Assembly (NCBI GenBank): GCA_027031765.1 | Contig: JALVPN010000014.1 | Location: 1 to 7,583 of the forward strand | DNA: 7,583 bases | Origin: Promethearchaeota archaeon | GTDB lineage: Archaea > Asgardarchaeota > Thorarchaeia > Thorarchaeales > Thorarchaeaceae | Direction: 5' to 3' | Shown: piece after piece, positions 5,712 to 7,583 of the stretch | Layout of the letters: each line of letters opens with the position of its first letter | Position numbering within the stretch: the stretch's first letter is position 1 | Made by a program: the position numbers and the translations under genes | Notes under the pieces: generated by a model | Databases searched by the model: none | Told to the model about the DNA's origin: nothing | The model's input: the letters and a program-made list of their open reading frames with translations, nothing else

Positions 5712-6810
5712 ATGTCCTCCGGACACTGGGACTGGACCGGTAACGTGGTGGCACGGCACCCGCTCCTCGCCCTGGATAGGGGAACAATCTATGACCGGGT
5801 AGAGCGCACACGGTACTCCCACCGCACACTGGACGCAGGGCCGGACAGGACAGCCCATCTCCTTGCGTGCCTAGGAGTTGGCCGGGGCAACAGAGTAGCG
5901 GCCCTGTCAAAGAACCGTATCGACCGTATTGATGCATACCTGGGCGCCTCGAAGCCGGGTGCCGTGCTCGTGCCGCTGAACGCACATCTGGCCAACGTGA
6001 ACTGGAGCACGTGTCGAGAAGGCCTGGCCCAGAGTGTTGCTCTTCGACCCGCTCAGGGGTCAGAGTTTGACTTGCCGTACTCGGAGGTCTCGGGACACGA
6101 TGGTCCTGTCATGGGCGAGCACGATGTGCGCGACCACCACGTCACGCGTGCAGTGATACGCGACCAGCCGGCCTCGCCACCCGAACGCCCCATCATCTCC
6201 TTTGACGACCCGGAGCTCGTCCTGTTCATCAGTGACACGACAGGCGTCGCCAAAGGGGCAGTGCTCTCGCACAGACTCGTGTCCTAGAACGAGGTGGACA
6301 CGGTCCTGTAGTGGGGCCTACGTCCCGATGACGTCCAGCCGCTGCCCTTCCCACTGTTCCACACTACGGGTTGGAATGCCCTCACCCTGCCCTTCATCCA
6401 CCTGGGTGCGAAGACCGTGCTGATGGGTAACTTCGACCCCGAAGACTGCTTGCGGGTCGTCCCGTCCGAGAGGTGCACCACTGTGGTGGATGTGCCAACG
6501 ACGTTCCTCATGGTATCCCAGTCGGCGTCGTTCGCCAGGACCGGCCTCTCCTCCGTCCGGACGTTCGTCAGTGACGGCGCCCATGTCCCGTCTCGATCAT
6601 GGGAACGTACTGGGCCTGGGGGAAAGGCCTTCAAGATGGACTACGGCCTCACCGGGGTGAGCCCCAACAACTCCTACCGGCCGGAGGCCGACACCCGCAG
6701 GAAGCCCATATCCGTCGGCCTTCCAGTCCTCCACTGTGACCCTCGCGTCGTCGGTGATGACGTGGAGGAGCTGACAGAGTGCGGCCAGCAAGATACTGAG
6801 ACGCAAGCTT
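5712..6810 (+). pseudogene. Degraded long-chain acyl-CoA synthetase / AMP-binding (ANL, FadD/MenE-like) gene
   Basis: Decayed motifs are recognisable: RGNRVAALSKN, GAVLVPLN, FISDTTGVAKGAVLSH (from YTSGTTGxPKG), PLFHTTGWN, DYGLTG (from GYGLTE), SVGLP, and SKILRRKL (from GKILRR). In-frame TAG at 6285-6287 and 6309-6311, frameshifts at about 5995-6055, and the C-terminal block is missing. The end coordinate is approximate. Confidence 0.88.
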
Positions 6811-7030
6811 GGACGACCGTGCTTTCCGCCCTGTCGGTGCGCGTTGCCCCGGACCCGTGGTCGGAGCGTCTGGACATGCAGCCCCGGGGAGTACTACCCC
6901 GGAGTCGTGGCCGGGTCTGTGCGACCCGTAGTTCTGCCCCGGGGGCTGTCGACTGTGCTGTGGGCCCCGGACAACATTCATATCGTCTCGATACCTCTCT
7001 TCCACAGGTCCTGGGCCCGACAGTAGGTAG

Positions 7031-7045
7031 AGTCAGTCAGTCAGT
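7031..7045. repeat. Tetranucleotide microsatellite (AGTC)x3.75
   Basis: agtcagtcagtcagt in non-coding DNA. Confidence 0.6.
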
Positions 7046-7187
7046 AGCCGTGGGCGCGCATTGGACTCCGCGTGGGCAACAGCCCAGGAGAGTGTGCATA
7101 TCTGCTGGGTGGTGCTGACCGCACGTATGGGGCTGCTGCAAGACACGCGGGAATGGACACTGTACGTGGTCGGTGGTGACCGCTGCT

Positions 7188-7583
7188 ATGTCAGAGAGGG
7201 AGCTACGGAAGTTCTCATCAGACCTTGAGGGTGCGGAGAACACGGCCCGCATCCGCCTGTTCGGCAAGGCGCGTCGGAAGTACGAGGAGCTGGCCAAGAC
7301 TGCCAGAGAACTAAAGCCAGACATGGTGTCAGAACTGGTGTTCCTCTCACACTTCTATGCGCTGGCAGACGACATTGCCCGACGCCGGGACCCACACAAG
7401 ACCGGGTCACTGGACAGACTGCTCGCCCTAGAGGACTCGATGCCTGACACAAAGGTCACGTTGGTACTGCCGGATGGCTGGTTCGGGGAGTGTTCTACCA
7501 AACGCATCCTGGACGAGCTGCGTGGTGTGCGCCTGATGTACCTCGGGCTGCAGGGGCGCCGTCCGGAGTCTATCCCCCAGGCC
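7188..7583 (+). CDS. Hypothetical protein, 3'-truncated by the window edge; helical N-terminus
   Basis: ATG at 7188 is open for 132 codons to the end of the window: MSERELRKFSSDLEGAENTARIRLFGKARRKYEELAKTARELKPDMVSELVFLSHFYALADDIARRRDPHKTGSLDRLLALEDSMPDTKVTLVLPDGWFGECSTKRILDELRGVRLMYLGLQGRRPESIPQA. The composition is protein-like. It is absent from the ORF track, presumably because it has no stop codon in the window. Confidence 0.75.
   Translation, partial: MSERELRKFSSDLEGAENTARIRLFGKARRKYEELAKTARELKPDMVSELVFLSHFYALADDIARRRDPHKTGSLDRLLALEDSMPDTKVTLVLPDGWFGECSTKRILDELRGVRLMYLGLQGRRPESIPQA

Noticed and set aside
6285-6311. Two in-frame TAG codons as pyrrolysine or amber readthrough (none of the five complete genes here ends in TAG)
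   Set aside because: The same gene has frameshifts, broken P-loop and YGLTE motifs and a large deletion. The first TAG sits where TGG (Trp) is expected. Simple decay explains it.
6851-6919. tRNA-like element (GGACCCG...CGGGTCT acceptor-like stem, GTC/GAC D-like stem)
   Set aside because: There is no T-arm with a TTC loop, no paired anticodon stem, and it is too short.
6811-7118. C-terminal half of ORF 6417..7118 as real coding sequence
   Set aside because: It is read-through past the deletion junction in the wrong frame, with no ANL motifs and low-information composition.

Overview
GC-rich, archaeal-type window. An Asgard/Thorarchaeia-like origin is inferred from the longin-domain gene and the archaeal-style multi-PAS kinase, not proven. 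From left to right it holds: a minus-strand trio (4-TM His-containing membrane protein, V4R-like protein with an internally duplicated helical module, and a three-domain longin/roadblock-like protein); a divergent exported, membrane-anchored protein with a superoxide-reductase-like His/Cys pattern and a Thr-rich stalk; a cytoplasmic 4xPAS histidine kinase with no receiver gene in the window; a decayed acyl-CoA synthetase pseudogene (frameshifts, two TAG stops, large internal deletion); and a 3'-truncated hypothetical ORF that the ORF track does not list. The best leads are the tri-longin/roadblock protein next to a V4R gene (a TRAPP-like domain pairing) and the exported SOR-like protein, whose missing fourth His may be replaced by a mature N-terminal His. 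All family calls come from motif recognition by eye; no searches were run.
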